This document shows, in pieces, positions 27,277 to 35,510 of a DNA stretch of 64,000 nt. Every line of letters starts with the position of its first letter. Position 1 is the stretch's first letter. The translations under genes and the position numbers were made by a program. The notes under the pieces were generated by a model that saw nothing but the letters and a program-made list of their open reading frames with translations, was not told the DNA's origin and did not search any database. The DNA comes from Candidatus Roizmanbacteria bacterium. Lineage in GTDB: Bacteria; Patescibacteriota; Microgenomatia; UBA1406; GWC2-37-13. Location: NCBI GenBank assembly GCA_012798265.1, contig JAAZNM010000002.1, positions 6,890-70,889 of the forward strand, given 5' to 3'.

Positions 27277-28298
27277 AAAAATATGCGCTTATTTTTATTG
27301 CGATCATAATAGTTGCCGTTGTATATATCTCTTTCTCCCGCCAAGACATGAAGCCTCCGGCAGAACACAGATTGAGCGTCATCCATGTTTCCGATCAAGA
27401 CGAGAGCCAGAAATTTGGCAGACGAGTCGGAGGACATTGTTATCTGGCTTCAACAACCATGATGTTAAAAGCGTTCGATCCATCTGTCGAGTTTTGGCAG
27501 GTAGTGATCGCCAGAGGCAATTCCACCAGTTTCACTTACTATTTCCCCAAGGGAAATGAGTCGGAAATTAAAGAAGGACTTGACGGCCAAGGTACAATCA
27601 TGGCATTAAAAGCCATTAAGAACATGGGCTATCAACCCCACGTCAGACTACGAACGTCACCAATACTGGTCAATAACAATGGCTGGGTCAAAATGGCAAC
27701 TGAACTGGGCGGAGAGGTAAAAACATACTGGTTTACACCGCCGATGGACGAATACAAATCTGTTATCGCCTCAGGCATCCCACTGGTTGCAGCCGGCTCT
27801 CCCTGTTGGCAAGACTTTAATGTCATCGAGGGCTATACTAGCGATAAACTTTTTGTCGTTGTACCTGACCCAAATGACCAGGGCAAAACCGATCCCAAAA
27901 TTTCTTGCCCAACAGGATTGGGGTTGCAAAACGAAGTCTTTTGGGCAACTCCCCTAGACAAACAGATGCATCACTCACAGATACTTGCCGACATGAAGTC
28001 ATCTGCAAAAGATGCCCCAGAGAAAATGGTAATGTATGCCAATTATCTGGAAAAAGGCAGCTTTATTGTTAACTTTGAAATTGAAAGGCTCTATTTTGCC
28101 AGATTACTTGCTGCCAAATATCTTGAAGAAAGAGGTTATAAGGAACTGGCGGCAGGTTACAGAAAATCCGCCTTGTTATTCGGAGAGTTAACCAAATTTG
28201 TCCCATCCGAGGTCGATAAAAATAAACATAAAGAGGAAATTGCCAAAGTCATAAGACAAATTGCCGAGAACGAAAAATCCTTAATCAGTAAATGGTAA
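27273..28298 (+). CDS. Membrane-anchored protein, possibly with a papain/C39-like fold
   Basis: 341 aa with an N-terminal TM helix. GGHCYLASTTMML resembles the Cys helix of C39/BtrH_N-type peptidases, but the expected His position reads FNVIEGY. Confidence 0.5.
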   Translation: MKKYALIFIAIIIVAVVYISFSRQDMKPPAEHRLSVIHVSDQDESQKFGRRVGGHCYLASTTMMLKAFDPSVEFWQVVIARGNSTSFTYYFPKGNESEIKEGLDGQGTIMALKAIKNMGYQPHVRLRTSPILVNNNGWVKMATELGGEVKTYWFTPPMDEYKSVIASGIPLVAAGSPCWQDFNVIEGYTSDKLFVVVPDPNDQGKTDPKISCPTGLGLQNEVFWATPLDKQMHHSQILADMKSSAKDAPEKMVMYANYLEKGSFIVNFEIERLYFARLLAAKYLEERGYKELAAGYRKSALLFGELTKFVPSEVDKNKHKEEIAKVIRQIAENEKSLISKW

Positions 28299-28382
28299 TA
28301 TTTGTCCAAGAAACAACTTAACTTAAACATCAAATACAATATCCAAACGATGACATACTTAGTAAGAACCTATTTTCTAAAA

Positions 28383-28691
28383 CTATTTGACGATCCCTGA
28401 AAAAAGTAAAACAAGAAAAAAAGACGTTATCCCCGCAAAAATAGTCACCGTCTTAACAAATAAATCAACTCCTTCTTTTTTCTTTCCCGAAATAAAAAGC
28501 TGTAAAGGCTGATAAAAAAACAAGTATGCCAATACGGCAACTGAAAGAGTCAACATCGACAAGAACAAAATTGGGGCAAGGAAAGTATCCGGTTTGTTCT
28601 TTTGTGTTTGAGACAAAAACGTCATAACAGAAACTATGAAGATTATGTATCCCGAAACACTCAAAGCATTCACAATAGGATTTTTAGACAT
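28383..28691 (-). CDS. Small three-TM membrane protein
   Basis: 102-aa hydrophobic ORF. Confidence 0.5.
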   Translation of the reverse strand: MSKNPIVNALSVSGYIIFIVSVMTFLSQTQKNKPDTFLAPILFLSMLTLSVAVLAYLFFYQPLQLFISGKKKEGVDLFVKTVTIFAGITSFFLVLLFSGIVK

Positions 28692-28815
28692 GCCTAAAGT
28701 ATATCATGAAGGTTACGGTTTTTTAATCACATGTCCAATGAGAGAGTTCGCCTTTTCTTAGTTTTTTGGCCTCTTTACCGCTAACTTAAAAAGCCGGATA
28801 AATCCTTCCCCTTCT

Positions 28816-29223
28816 TTATTTGATTCCCCATCGCCATGCCCAGGCGGTAATATTTAATCCGCCATTGGCAAGGTTAATAGCTTTTTTTAGCTCATATTGA
28901 CTGATCATTCCGTCAAGAGGTTCTCTGTCCGGAATATTGCCAGTGTAGTATTTTTCAAGGACTGGTAAAGCTCGTTTATCGCCAAACTCACCTAGTGCCC
29001 AAATAGCATGATTTCTGGTCCTGTAACCTTGGTTTTCATCGTCGAGCGTAGTGATAAGGGCTTCGACACAATCAGTTTTTTGATACTCCCACTTGGCTTC
29101 CTGACACAATCTTTTAGCCTCATGGCCAATCCAGACATCTGTAATAAAAAAGAACAGCAGGAAGATGCTTACGCCAATAGCAAAAACATAAAAGAGTTTT
29201 TCTTTGATTGCTTTAATGTCCAT
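28816..29223 (-). CDS. TM-anchored HEAT-repeat protein
   Basis: RNHAIWALGEFGDKRALPVLEKYY HEAT/PBS-lyase-type repeat with an N-terminal TM helix. Confidence 0.62.
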   Translation of the reverse strand: MDIKAIKEKLFYVFAIGVSIFLLFFFITDVWIGHEAKRLCQEAKWEYQKTDCVEALITTLDDENQGYRTRNHAIWALGEFGDKRALPVLEKYYTGNIPDREPLDGMISQYELKKAINLANGGLNITAWAWRWGIK

Positions 29224-29225
29224 AA

Positions 29226-29429
29226 TTATTCCTCCTTCCCCCCATAGGTAAAAATGTCCTCAATTTTAACTTTAAACAGCCTGGCGATCTTAAAAGCCAG
29301 CCCCAAAGACGGCAGGTATCTGTCACTTTCGATGGCAATGACCGTTTGACGGCTCACTCCAATCTTATCGGCCAGTTGTTCCTGGGTTAAGTTATGCATA
29401 GCTCGGTAAATTTTAAGCTTATTCTTCAT
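29226..29429 (-). CDS. XRE-family HTH transcriptional regulator (YozG-like)
   Basis: LTQEQLADKIGVSRQTVIAIESDRYLPSLGLAFKIARLF. The start was set to ATG 29429. Confidence 0.85.
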   Translation of the reverse strand: MKNKLKIYRAMHNLTQEQLADKIGVSRQTVIAIESDRYLPSLGLAFKIARLFKVKIEDIFTYGGKEE

Positions 29430-29841
29430 TGCCGCCACCCCCATACTTTCTATTAAAAAAATGATAGGAGATGGCATAGACGGTAATCAAAAATAATGTG
29501 AGATAAGCAAACACCATCCCCAAAGATTCGGTAAATAACCACTCGCCCTTGCTAAAAACCGATATGCCGCCCTTGGAGGGAAGAAGCAGGAGAAAAGCGG
29601 CAACCCCGATGGTTGGAGCAAAGATGGCATAGGTCATCCTGGCGGCTTTTTCCTGAATTGTTGATTCTCGTTCATCGGTTCTGATCTTGGCTTTTACTCT
29701 GACCAGGACCATGAATACCATTCCCGTTAAAACACCAGTCGCAGCTAAAAGATAGCTGTCGCGAATTACGGCCATGCTGACAACGGCGGAAACAAAAAAG
29801 GTTACGATTATCCGGAGCTGTTTGTATTTCTTTCTATTCAT
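29419..29841 (-). CDS. DUF2178-like membrane protein
   Basis: 140 aa with 4 TM helices. It is the usual partner gene upstream of YozG-type HTH regulators and overlaps the HTH gene by 11 nt. Confidence 0.6.
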   Translation of the reverse strand: MNRKKYKQLRIIVTFFVSAVVSMAVIRDSYLLAATGVLTGMVFMVLVRVKAKIRTDERESTIQEKAARMTYAIFAPTIGVAAFLLLLPSKGGISVFSKGEWLFTESLGMVFAYLTLFLITVYAISYHFFNRKYGGGGNEE

Positions 29842-29897
29842 AATATGAATGTATCATATACTTTACATTATGTCAAGTAATCTTGACAAGATAATTG

Positions 29898-29906
29898 TGG
29901 TATAAT
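29898..29906 (+). promoter_or_regulatory. Extended -10 promoter element TGgTATAAT
   Basis: TGGTATAAT ends 8 nt before ATG 29915, which implies a leaderless or near-leaderless transcript. Confidence 0.45.
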
Positions 29907-29928
29907 AGCTTTGGATGTTAAAGTTTGA

Positions 29929-30402
29929 TTCTTCAAGAAGGGATTTTGTCCGCGTCAGGCATCTTTTCGATGTCTGACTTGTCACACCATCATTCCCAAT
30001 ACTTCGATAGGCACCAAACACAGGAACCATTGCCCGCTTTGCCTTTGGTCCAAACACGTCGATTCCAAAATCCCCGGCGACAGGCAATCGTCTTGCAGGG
30101 CGCGGATGAAACCTATTGGTTTGGCTTTTAAAAATATAAGGATAAATCCTTACACCGGCAGGAGCTGTGGAGAGCTAATGGTAATCCATCAATGTCTAAA
30201 CTGTGGCAAAATTTCATGCAACAGGATCGCCGGAGACGACAACTCCTATGCTGTCGTTGGTATATCGGAAGGTTTGACCAACCTAAGCGACGAGATCATC
30301 GTCAGATTGAACCGTCAAGGGATCACGCCTTTGACCCGAGAGGACAAACCGGAAATCCTGATCGCTCTATACGGCTATGGCTATAAAACGGCTCCAAAAT
30401 AA
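29929..30402 (+). CDS. RNHCP-domain zinc-binding protein; N-terminus out of frame with the only upstream ATG (frameshift or pseudogene)
   Basis: The frame of the 30106 ORF stays open back to 29929. There it encodes FRCLTCHTIIPNTSIGTKHRNHCPLCLWSKHVDSKIPGDRQSSC, the hallmark RNHCP motif, upstream of the first in-frame ATG. ATG 29915 lies in the frame offset by one base. Confidence 0.6.
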   Translation, partial: FFKKGFCPRQASFRCLTCHTIIPNTSIGTKHRNHCPLCLWSKHVDSKIPGDRQSSCRARMKPIGLAFKNIRINPYTGRSCGELMVIHQCLNCGKISCNRIAGDDNSYAVVGISEGLTNLSDEIIVRLNRQGITPLTREDKPEILIALYGYGYKTAPK

Positions 30403-30442
30403 AAATACCAAAGCATTTTTGACCTTAAAGTAATATAATATA

Positions 30443-30739
30443 TTGAAGAATATGAATGTATTTTGTTGTCCAAAATCATGGCTCCATTTTTTCAAGGCGA
30501 GCGCCGATATCCATCGCCAGCATATCCTTTTGTTGATCAAAAAGCACAAAAAGATAAATGCTTCAAGGATTTTGAAGGAAATCAAGCTTTCCCAACCTAC
30601 CCTTTCACATCACCTGACGATTTTGAAAAATGCCGGACTCATTGTCGAGGAAAAAAAGGGCCGCGAAGTTTTTTACCTTATAAACAACAAGACTATTTCT
30701 TCCTGTTGCTTGGGCTTCGCCAAAAAAATGACCGGCTAG
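30443..30739 (+). CDS. ArsR/SmtB-family transcriptional regulator with N- and C-terminal vicinal Cys pairs
   Basis: HTH ASRILKEIKLSQPTLSHHLTILKNAGLI. It has FCCP at residues 7-10 and SCCLG near the C-terminus, and no alpha3 CVC motif. Confidence 0.85.
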   Translation: MKNMNVFCCPKSWLHFFKASADIHRQHILLLIKKHKKINASRILKEIKLSQPTLSHHLTILKNAGLIVEEKKGREVFYLINNKTISSCCLGFAKKMTG

Positions 30740-30753
30740 GCATTTTCAACCTA

Positions 30754-30783
30754 TTGACATATTTAAATACTTCAATATATAAT
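30754..30783 (+). promoter_or_regulatory. Sigma70-type promoter TTGACA-N18-TATAAT
   Basis: TTGACA at 30754-30759 and TATAAT at 30778-30783, followed by the purine-rich SD-like AAGGAAGGGGG about 11 nt before ATG 30825. Confidence 0.55.
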
Positions 30784-30824
30784 GTATAGTATTACATGCC
30801 GAAAGGAAGGGGGTGATATATCAC

Positions 30825-31001
30825 ATGCATTTTTGGAAACACTTAAAAGATCTTAATATCAAGATGGAAAACAAGGGGGAAGATTTGGTAATCACCATCC
30901 ACGGCGAAAAAGAAAAAATCGTTGCAGTCGAAAAAAAACTTAAAGCGCTTAAAGAACTGAGTGGTTGCTGCTGCGGGTGTGACGACGATTCCTGTTGTTG
31001 A
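30825..31001 (+). CDS. Small protein with poly-Cys C-terminus (CCCGCDDDSCC)
   Basis: 58 aa from ATG 30825 (62 aa from GTG 30813). It has its own promoter, SD and terminator. 7 of the last 11 residues are Cys. Confidence 0.6.
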   Translation: MHFWKHLKDLNIKMENKGEDLVITIHGEKEKIVAVEKKLKALKELSGCCCGCDDDSCC

Positions 31002-31007
31002 TTTGTT

Positions 31008-31042
31008 TTGCTGAAAAAGGCTCCTAGGGCCTTTTTCAGCAA
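31008..31042. terminator. Bidirectional hairpin terminator between convergent genes
   Basis: TTGCTGAAAAAGGC, loop tcctagg, GCCTTTTTCAGCAA: a 14-bp perfect stem. Confidence 0.6.
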
Positions 31043-31085
31043 TTCCCGCGTCATCAGAAACTTTTTTTCAATGTCCGAATCAGCG

Positions 31086-32198
31086 TTATCTCCAAAAAAC
31101 AAATTCGCTCGTTTTGTTTTCTGGTTCGGTAAAAATTATTACTTTAATCAACTGATCGCCGGTGACCACAAAATCAATGTTTTTGCCCGACGGAAAAACT
31201 ATACCAAAAGGGCTGTTTTCATCCTTTTGGCAGTTTAGACATTTGGCTAAATTATCGGTAGAAAAATCGATCTTCCGGCCATCAGTCTCAACCTTCGTAA
31301 AGCGAATGTCTTTGGCCAACGGCTCCGTAAGCCGCAAGTGGTAAATATATTTTTGACTTTGTGGATCAAACTTCGAGGTAAAATCGCCCGCCATGGTATA
31401 ACGATCCAAAAAAGTAAGGGTCTGTTTGGTATAGACAAGACCCAGTTCCCCACCTGTTGCATAATTCACATTCATCGTCCGTTCACGCAGCTTAACGCTA
31501 TCTATCAACGGATAGACTGTGACGGTTACGAAAACGCTCAACAGGGAGACAAAATAAAATGCATTATGAGAAACTTTGGCTTTGGAGTATGCAAATATAT
31601 TGCCGAGCATATTCCTGACCGCAAAAGAAATGAAAATAAGTAGGGGTATCGAAAATAATATCGGGATATTGAAAGCAAAACCATTAAGGCGAAATTCTTT
31701 GAGTCCGCGGAAAACGCCCCAAGCAAGAGGTGGGATCGGAACGAAATAAATACCCAGAGCGAAAATCAAAAAAACAATATTGGTAATCAAATGGTATTTT
31801 TTACCGAACCAAAGAAAAATCACGAAAATCACGAAGATAACTATTGTCGGGATAGTTGTCATGTTCAAAACAGGAAGGGGGATGCTTAACAAAATCAGCA
31901 GAACCGCAAAGAGACGATTGAATACAATCTCTGTTTTAGTCAAAGCCCGTTGATCTTGCGCCGGCACACGTACAACGCTTTTTGCTTTTCCTGAGATTAA
32001 CTTGACAATCGCCCAGATAATTCCCGAGATAAAAATAAGGAGACAGACAAAAGCAATTACGACAACAAGGAATCCGTCAATGGTATTGCTGGGAAAAATC
32101 GTTTTATTGGCTAAGATCAAAAAATCTAATGAAAATACGATTATTGAGAAAATAACCAGATAGGCAGGACGAAGTTTCATACTGAGAGTCGCCTTCAC
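31086..32198 (-). CDS. Polytopic membrane protein with C-terminal soluble domain
   Basis: 370 aa with about 8 TM helices, then a roughly 130-aa beta-rich region. No recognised motif. Confidence 0.55.
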   Translation of the reverse strand: MKATLSMKLRPAYLVIFSIIVFSLDFLILANKTIFPSNTIDGFLVVVIAFVCLLIFISGIIWAIVKLISGKAKSVVRVPAQDQRALTKTEIVFNRLFAVLLILLSIPLPVLNMTTIPTIVIFVIFVIFLWFGKKYHLITNIVFLIFALGIYFVPIPPLAWGVFRGLKEFRLNGFAFNIPILFSIPLLIFISFAVRNMLGNIFAYSKAKVSHNAFYFVSLLSVFVTVTVYPLIDSVKLRERTMNVNYATGGELGLVYTKQTLTFLDRYTMAGDFTSKFDPQSQKYIYHLRLTEPLAKDIRFTKVETDGRKIDFSTDNLAKCLNCQKDENSPFGIVFPSGKNIDFVVTGDQLIKVIIFTEPENKTSEFVFWR

Positions 32199-32215
32199 TT
32201 ATAATGTCACCTAAT

Positions 32216-32698
32216 TTATTGTTCTAATTCCCCGATAATTACCACATAATTTTTGCCGTATTTCTTAGCGCATTTGGGACAGGTCGTATACCACATAAAC
32301 CATTTCTTGATCTTGTATCCTTTGCTTTTGATCAGACTCTCATAATCCTGGCACCACTTACCCGTTTCCTTAAAGTCGCCTTCGTATACTTTGCTGAAAA
32401 ACTTGCCGCTTAAGGTGACGTTTTTCGCGCCGGGAATCTCTTTACTCACCGCCAGGTAGATATCCATGTTCCATTTGGAAGTGTGGTCGGAAAGACAAAC
32501 ATTGTCTACTGTTTTGACTTTGGCTTCGTCCACTTTATTCATCAGCCTAGTCATTACCTGGCCGAAGTTGATTGGCATAAAAAACAAGGTAAACACTTTG
32601 TCTTTGATGAATTTTTTATCCTTCCACTCGATAAATTTACCATCCCAAAGTGTGGGATCTAATTTGGGGCAACATTCCTGATTTTGATTATTGGTCAT
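32216..32698 (-). CDS. Conserved-looking cytoplasmic protein with N-terminal ECCPK and C-terminal CPKC
   Basis: 160 aa. CCPKLDPTLWDGKFIEWKDKKF...WYTTCPKCAKKYGKNY. The family is not identified. Confidence 0.55.
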   Translation of the reverse strand: MTNNQNQECCPKLDPTLWDGKFIEWKDKKFIKDKVFTLFFMPINFGQVMTRLMNKVDEAKVKTVDNVCLSDHTSKWNMDIYLAVSKEIPGAKNVTLSGKFFSKVYEGDFKETGKWCQDYESLIKSKGYKIKKWFMWYTTCPKCAKKYGKNYVVIIGELEQ

Positions 32699-32767
32699 AA
32701 CTTTATTTAATCACAAAAGGAATTATATAAATTTATCAGTTACTTGTAATTTTATATACTGAACGTT

Positions 32768-33496
32768 ATGGAATATACAATCTCACAAACCGAAATTGCC
32801 CGAAGAAAAAAGGCCTATTTCACACTCTCAGCTAGCATAATGACTGGGTTGGTTTTAGCCTCCATAATTCTGCATTTCCCTGTTTCTATCGGTGGGTATA
32901 TGCTCGTTCTGTTTCTCATATTTTTATTGGGTGCAGCCGCATATCATTTTTTCTTTGACCTTTCCCGGATGCAGATTTATCTATCAGACCTGTCGCTAAA
33001 AAGAACGGTAAATGGGATACCTGAGGAATATAGATTAAACAAAATACATCACGTTAAAGTCAAATGGACAACCAACAAAACGGTTCGGGAGATATATATT
33101 TGGTTAAACGACGGAAAAAGCGTATTTATTACTTCACTGGATCGTTTCGAAGAATTCGAAAAAAATTTATTGACCAAACTGGATAGTAATGTTGTTGTTA
33201 AAGAAATTCACGAACCCTTGGATTTTGATCATCCGTTATTTTATTCAATTTTGGGTTTACCAATAAGCTTTGTCGGCGTATTTATCTGTAAGTCGATTCC
33301 ATCTTTGAGTTATCAAAAAATTAAGATTGGGATCATTACCTTTTTTGTTTACCTATTTATTCTTGGGATTTATTTCATTACAGCTAGACCTATTTCAAAA
33401 AGATCCGGGAATAAAACGGTAACGTCGGATGTTATTGCAGGTACTTTAATGATTTGTTCGGGAATAATTATGTTACTCTTCTTCTTTAACGCATAG
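32768..33496 (+). CDS. Hypothetical membrane protein
   Basis: 242 aa with 2 N-terminal and 3 C-terminal TM helices around a soluble middle. Confidence 0.5.
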   Translation: MEYTISQTEIARRKKAYFTLSASIMTGLVLASIILHFPVSIGGYMLVLFLIFLLGAAAYHFFFDLSRMQIYLSDLSLKRTVNGIPEEYRLNKIHHVKVKWTTNKTVREIYIWLNDGKSVFITSLDRFEEFEKNLLTKLDSNVVVKEIHEPLDFDHPLFYSILGLPISFVGVFICKSIPSLSYQKIKIGIITFFVYLFILGIYFITARPISKRSGNKTVTSDVIAGTLMICSGIIMLLFFFNA

Positions 33497-33521
33497 GCTT
33501 AATGTTAATACCTTCGAAGTG

Positions 33522-33594
33522 CTCCCCCGCGTGGACTCGAACCACGAACCTTGTCGTTAACAGCGACCTGCTCTACCGGTTGAGCTACAGGGGA
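33522..33594 (-). tRNA. tRNA-Asn (anticodon GTT)
   Basis: Reverse-complement cloverleaf: acceptor TCCCCTG/CGGGGGA, D stem GCTC/GAGC, anticodon loop CTGTTAA, and T arm CGTGG-TTCGAGT-CCACG. CCA is not encoded. Confidence 0.9.
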
Positions 33595-33682
33595 TGTTCA
33601 AAAACAAAAAATTACAGATAACAAATCACAAAAAAATATCAAAGAACAAAAACTTAATATATTTTACCAAAAGTTGTCCGGT

Positions 33683-34261
33683 TTAGAAAGGCAGAGTCAT
33701 GTGGACGTCGTTGTTGCCTGAGCCTTCCAAATACTTTTTCCAGTCGACCTTGATCGTCGCCCGACCCCGGGCGTTAAGATAGTAAATCTCACCGTGTCTG
33801 CTGCCATACTCAAATATCTCTTTGGTCAACATGGCATCATCGAGACAATATTTTTTCAGGTCTTCAAACCGCCCTTCTTTATAATAATCGATGGCCATAA
33901 GCCCGTGGCCGGACTTTTTTTTATTCAGAGTCGCCGAGATAATGTCGTTTAGGGCCAGCCTTTTGCCAAGTATGTTTTTTATATCATCCAGCAGGTCAAA
34001 AGAGGAAAAAGTGGTCACCTTGCCCGGATAGTAACCCTGAAGCACCTGCAGGTCAAAACTGTTGCTGTTATAACCGATTACGTAAGACGCTTTTTCGAGT
34101 ATCGGAAAAAGCTTGACTAGCTCATTTTCCAAAAACACCTTTCCCTGACTGTCGGAATAGTCATAAATGGCTGCCACCGATATGCCGAGCTTCCTCGGAT
34201 CGGCATACTCACGAAATGTATGTTTTGTTTCAAGGTCGATGACCACCGGAAATCTTTTCAT
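33683..34261 (-). CDS. DEDD-type 3'-5' exonuclease (RNase H-like fold)
   Basis: VVIDLET, GYNSNSFDLQVL and GHGLMAIDYY...YCLDDAMLT. Confidence 0.68.
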   Translation of the reverse strand: MKRFPVVIDLETKHTFREYADPRKLGISVAAIYDYSDSQGKVFLENELVKLFPILEKASYVIGYNSNSFDLQVLQGYYPGKVTTFSSFDLLDDIKNILGKRLALNDIISATLNKKKSGHGLMAIDYYKEGRFEDLKKYCLDDAMLTKEIFEYGSRHGEIYYLNARGRATIKVDWKKYLEGSGNNDVHMTLPF

Positions 34262-34266
34262 AATTT

Positions 34267-34659
34267 TCAGTTGGGTTTTCTAGCCGGAGTATCTTTAAAT
34301 ATTTCCACTTCAACTATGGAAGACGGACCCATAGATTGTTTGAAGTTAACCCTGTTCAACTCCTGTTCCAGTTTTTCTTTTACACCGGAAACGATGTTAA
34401 AAAAAATCCGTTTTTCTTTACCGCTGAGGCGCTTAAACTCCTTCTGGAAAAAGTCATCCAGCTTGCCCAGACCCCACAGGGCTTCGATTAACTGGCTGTT
34501 GCCGATATCGACCAAAGAGATGTCACCGCTGACCGGCCTGATTTTGAACTTCATCATCTGAATTTCGTTAAACATCTGCTTGACGCTGGGTTTCTCGTGA
34601 AGCATCTTCTGGAGACTGGACAAAAGCCCAAAGACGCTTTCCCCTTTTTTTATTTTCAT
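34267..34659 (-). CDS. Hypothetical protein
   Basis: 130-aa ORF, 5 nt upstream of the exonuclease gene on the same strand. Confidence 0.45.
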   Translation of the reverse strand: MKIKKGESVFGLLSSLQKMLHEKPSVKQMFNEIQMMKFKIRPVSGDISLVDIGNSQLIEALWGLGKLDDFFQKEFKRLSGKEKRIFFNIVSGVKEKLEQELNRVNFKQSMGPSSIVEVEIFKDTPARKPN

Positions 34660-34675
34660 AAAGTATAATTATGGA

Positions 34676-35110
34676 ATGATAAAGCAAAAATTGCAACAGG
34701 ATCAGTTGAGCGCCTTGAAGTCTGCCGACAAACCAAAACTTGAGACACTCCGCTACATCCTTGCCCAGATAAAAAATAAGGAGATAGATAAGAAAAGCGA
34801 TCTGACCGACGAGGAAACGGTCAATGTTCTCCGCAAGACGGTCAAAGAACTCAAAGAGTCGATCGATGCTTTTGGTAAAGGTGGGCGGGCCGATCTGGTC
34901 CAATCCTCCCAGACTCAACTCGATATCATATCCGCTTATCTGCCTCAGGAAATCTCCGATGAAGAACTGAAAAAAGAGATCGGGGTCATTATCGAAAAAA
35001 ACAAGGACTTATACGATAAAAACCCCAAAGCCATCATGGGCATATGCGTAAAAGAGCTTAAGTCAAAAGCCGATCCTTCAAGGATAATCAAGTGTATCCA
35101 GGGCGTTTGA
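34676..35110 (+). CDS. yqeY: GatB/YqeY domain protein
   Basis: LKSADKPKLETLRYILAQIKNKEID...VLRKTVKELKESID. Confidence 0.82.
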   Translation: MIKQKLQQDQLSALKSADKPKLETLRYILAQIKNKEIDKKSDLTDEETVNVLRKTVKELKESIDAFGKGGRADLVQSSQTQLDIISAYLPQEISDEELKKEIGVIIEKNKDLYDKNPKAIMGICVKELKSKADPSRIIKCIQGV

Positions 35111-35142
35111 TGTCCCATGTCGGCGCTTGCTATACTTAAACT

Positions 35143-35481
35143 ATGGCCGGGTACATAAAAAAAATATTTTTCGTTCTTCTCGTTATTTTCCTTTTTTCGT
35201 CATTGACCAAAAACCTGCTCGGTTACCAGGAAAAAATCCGTTTTTACAACGATTTCCGACAGGAACTGGAAAAAGAGAAAAAAACCAATCTGACCCTAAA
35301 AACCCAGGTTATGAAGATAAGCGATCCCCATGAACTGGAAAAAACCATCCGCAATAAATTAAACCTTACCCAACCGGGCGAACAGACAATCATCCTGCCG
35401 GAACCGTCGCCTACACCGGCCATAACCACTCCCACCCCCCTGCCCAACTGGCAACTATGGTGGCAGGTATTCACCAGATAA
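35143..35481 (+). CDS. Septum formation initiator (FtsB/DivIC-like)
   Basis: N-terminal TM helix, a coiled coil, then the DPHELEKTIRNKLNLTQPGEQ motif. Confidence 0.72.
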   Translation: MAGYIKKIFFVLLVIFLFSSLTKNLLGYQEKIRFYNDFRQELEKEKKTNLTLKTQVMKISDPHELEKTIRNKLNLTQPGEQTIILPEPSPTPAITTPTPLPNWQLWWQVFTR

Positions 35482-35510
35482 AAATACTGTTAGAATATTA
35501 GCATCATATT

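Noticed and set aside
29926-29928. In-frame TGA upstream of the RNHCP motif as evidence for code 25 (TGA=Gly)
   Set aside because: Many confident genes here terminate at TGA, for example clpB at 5175-5177 and the NUDIX gene at 16465-16467. Standard code 11 therefore applies.
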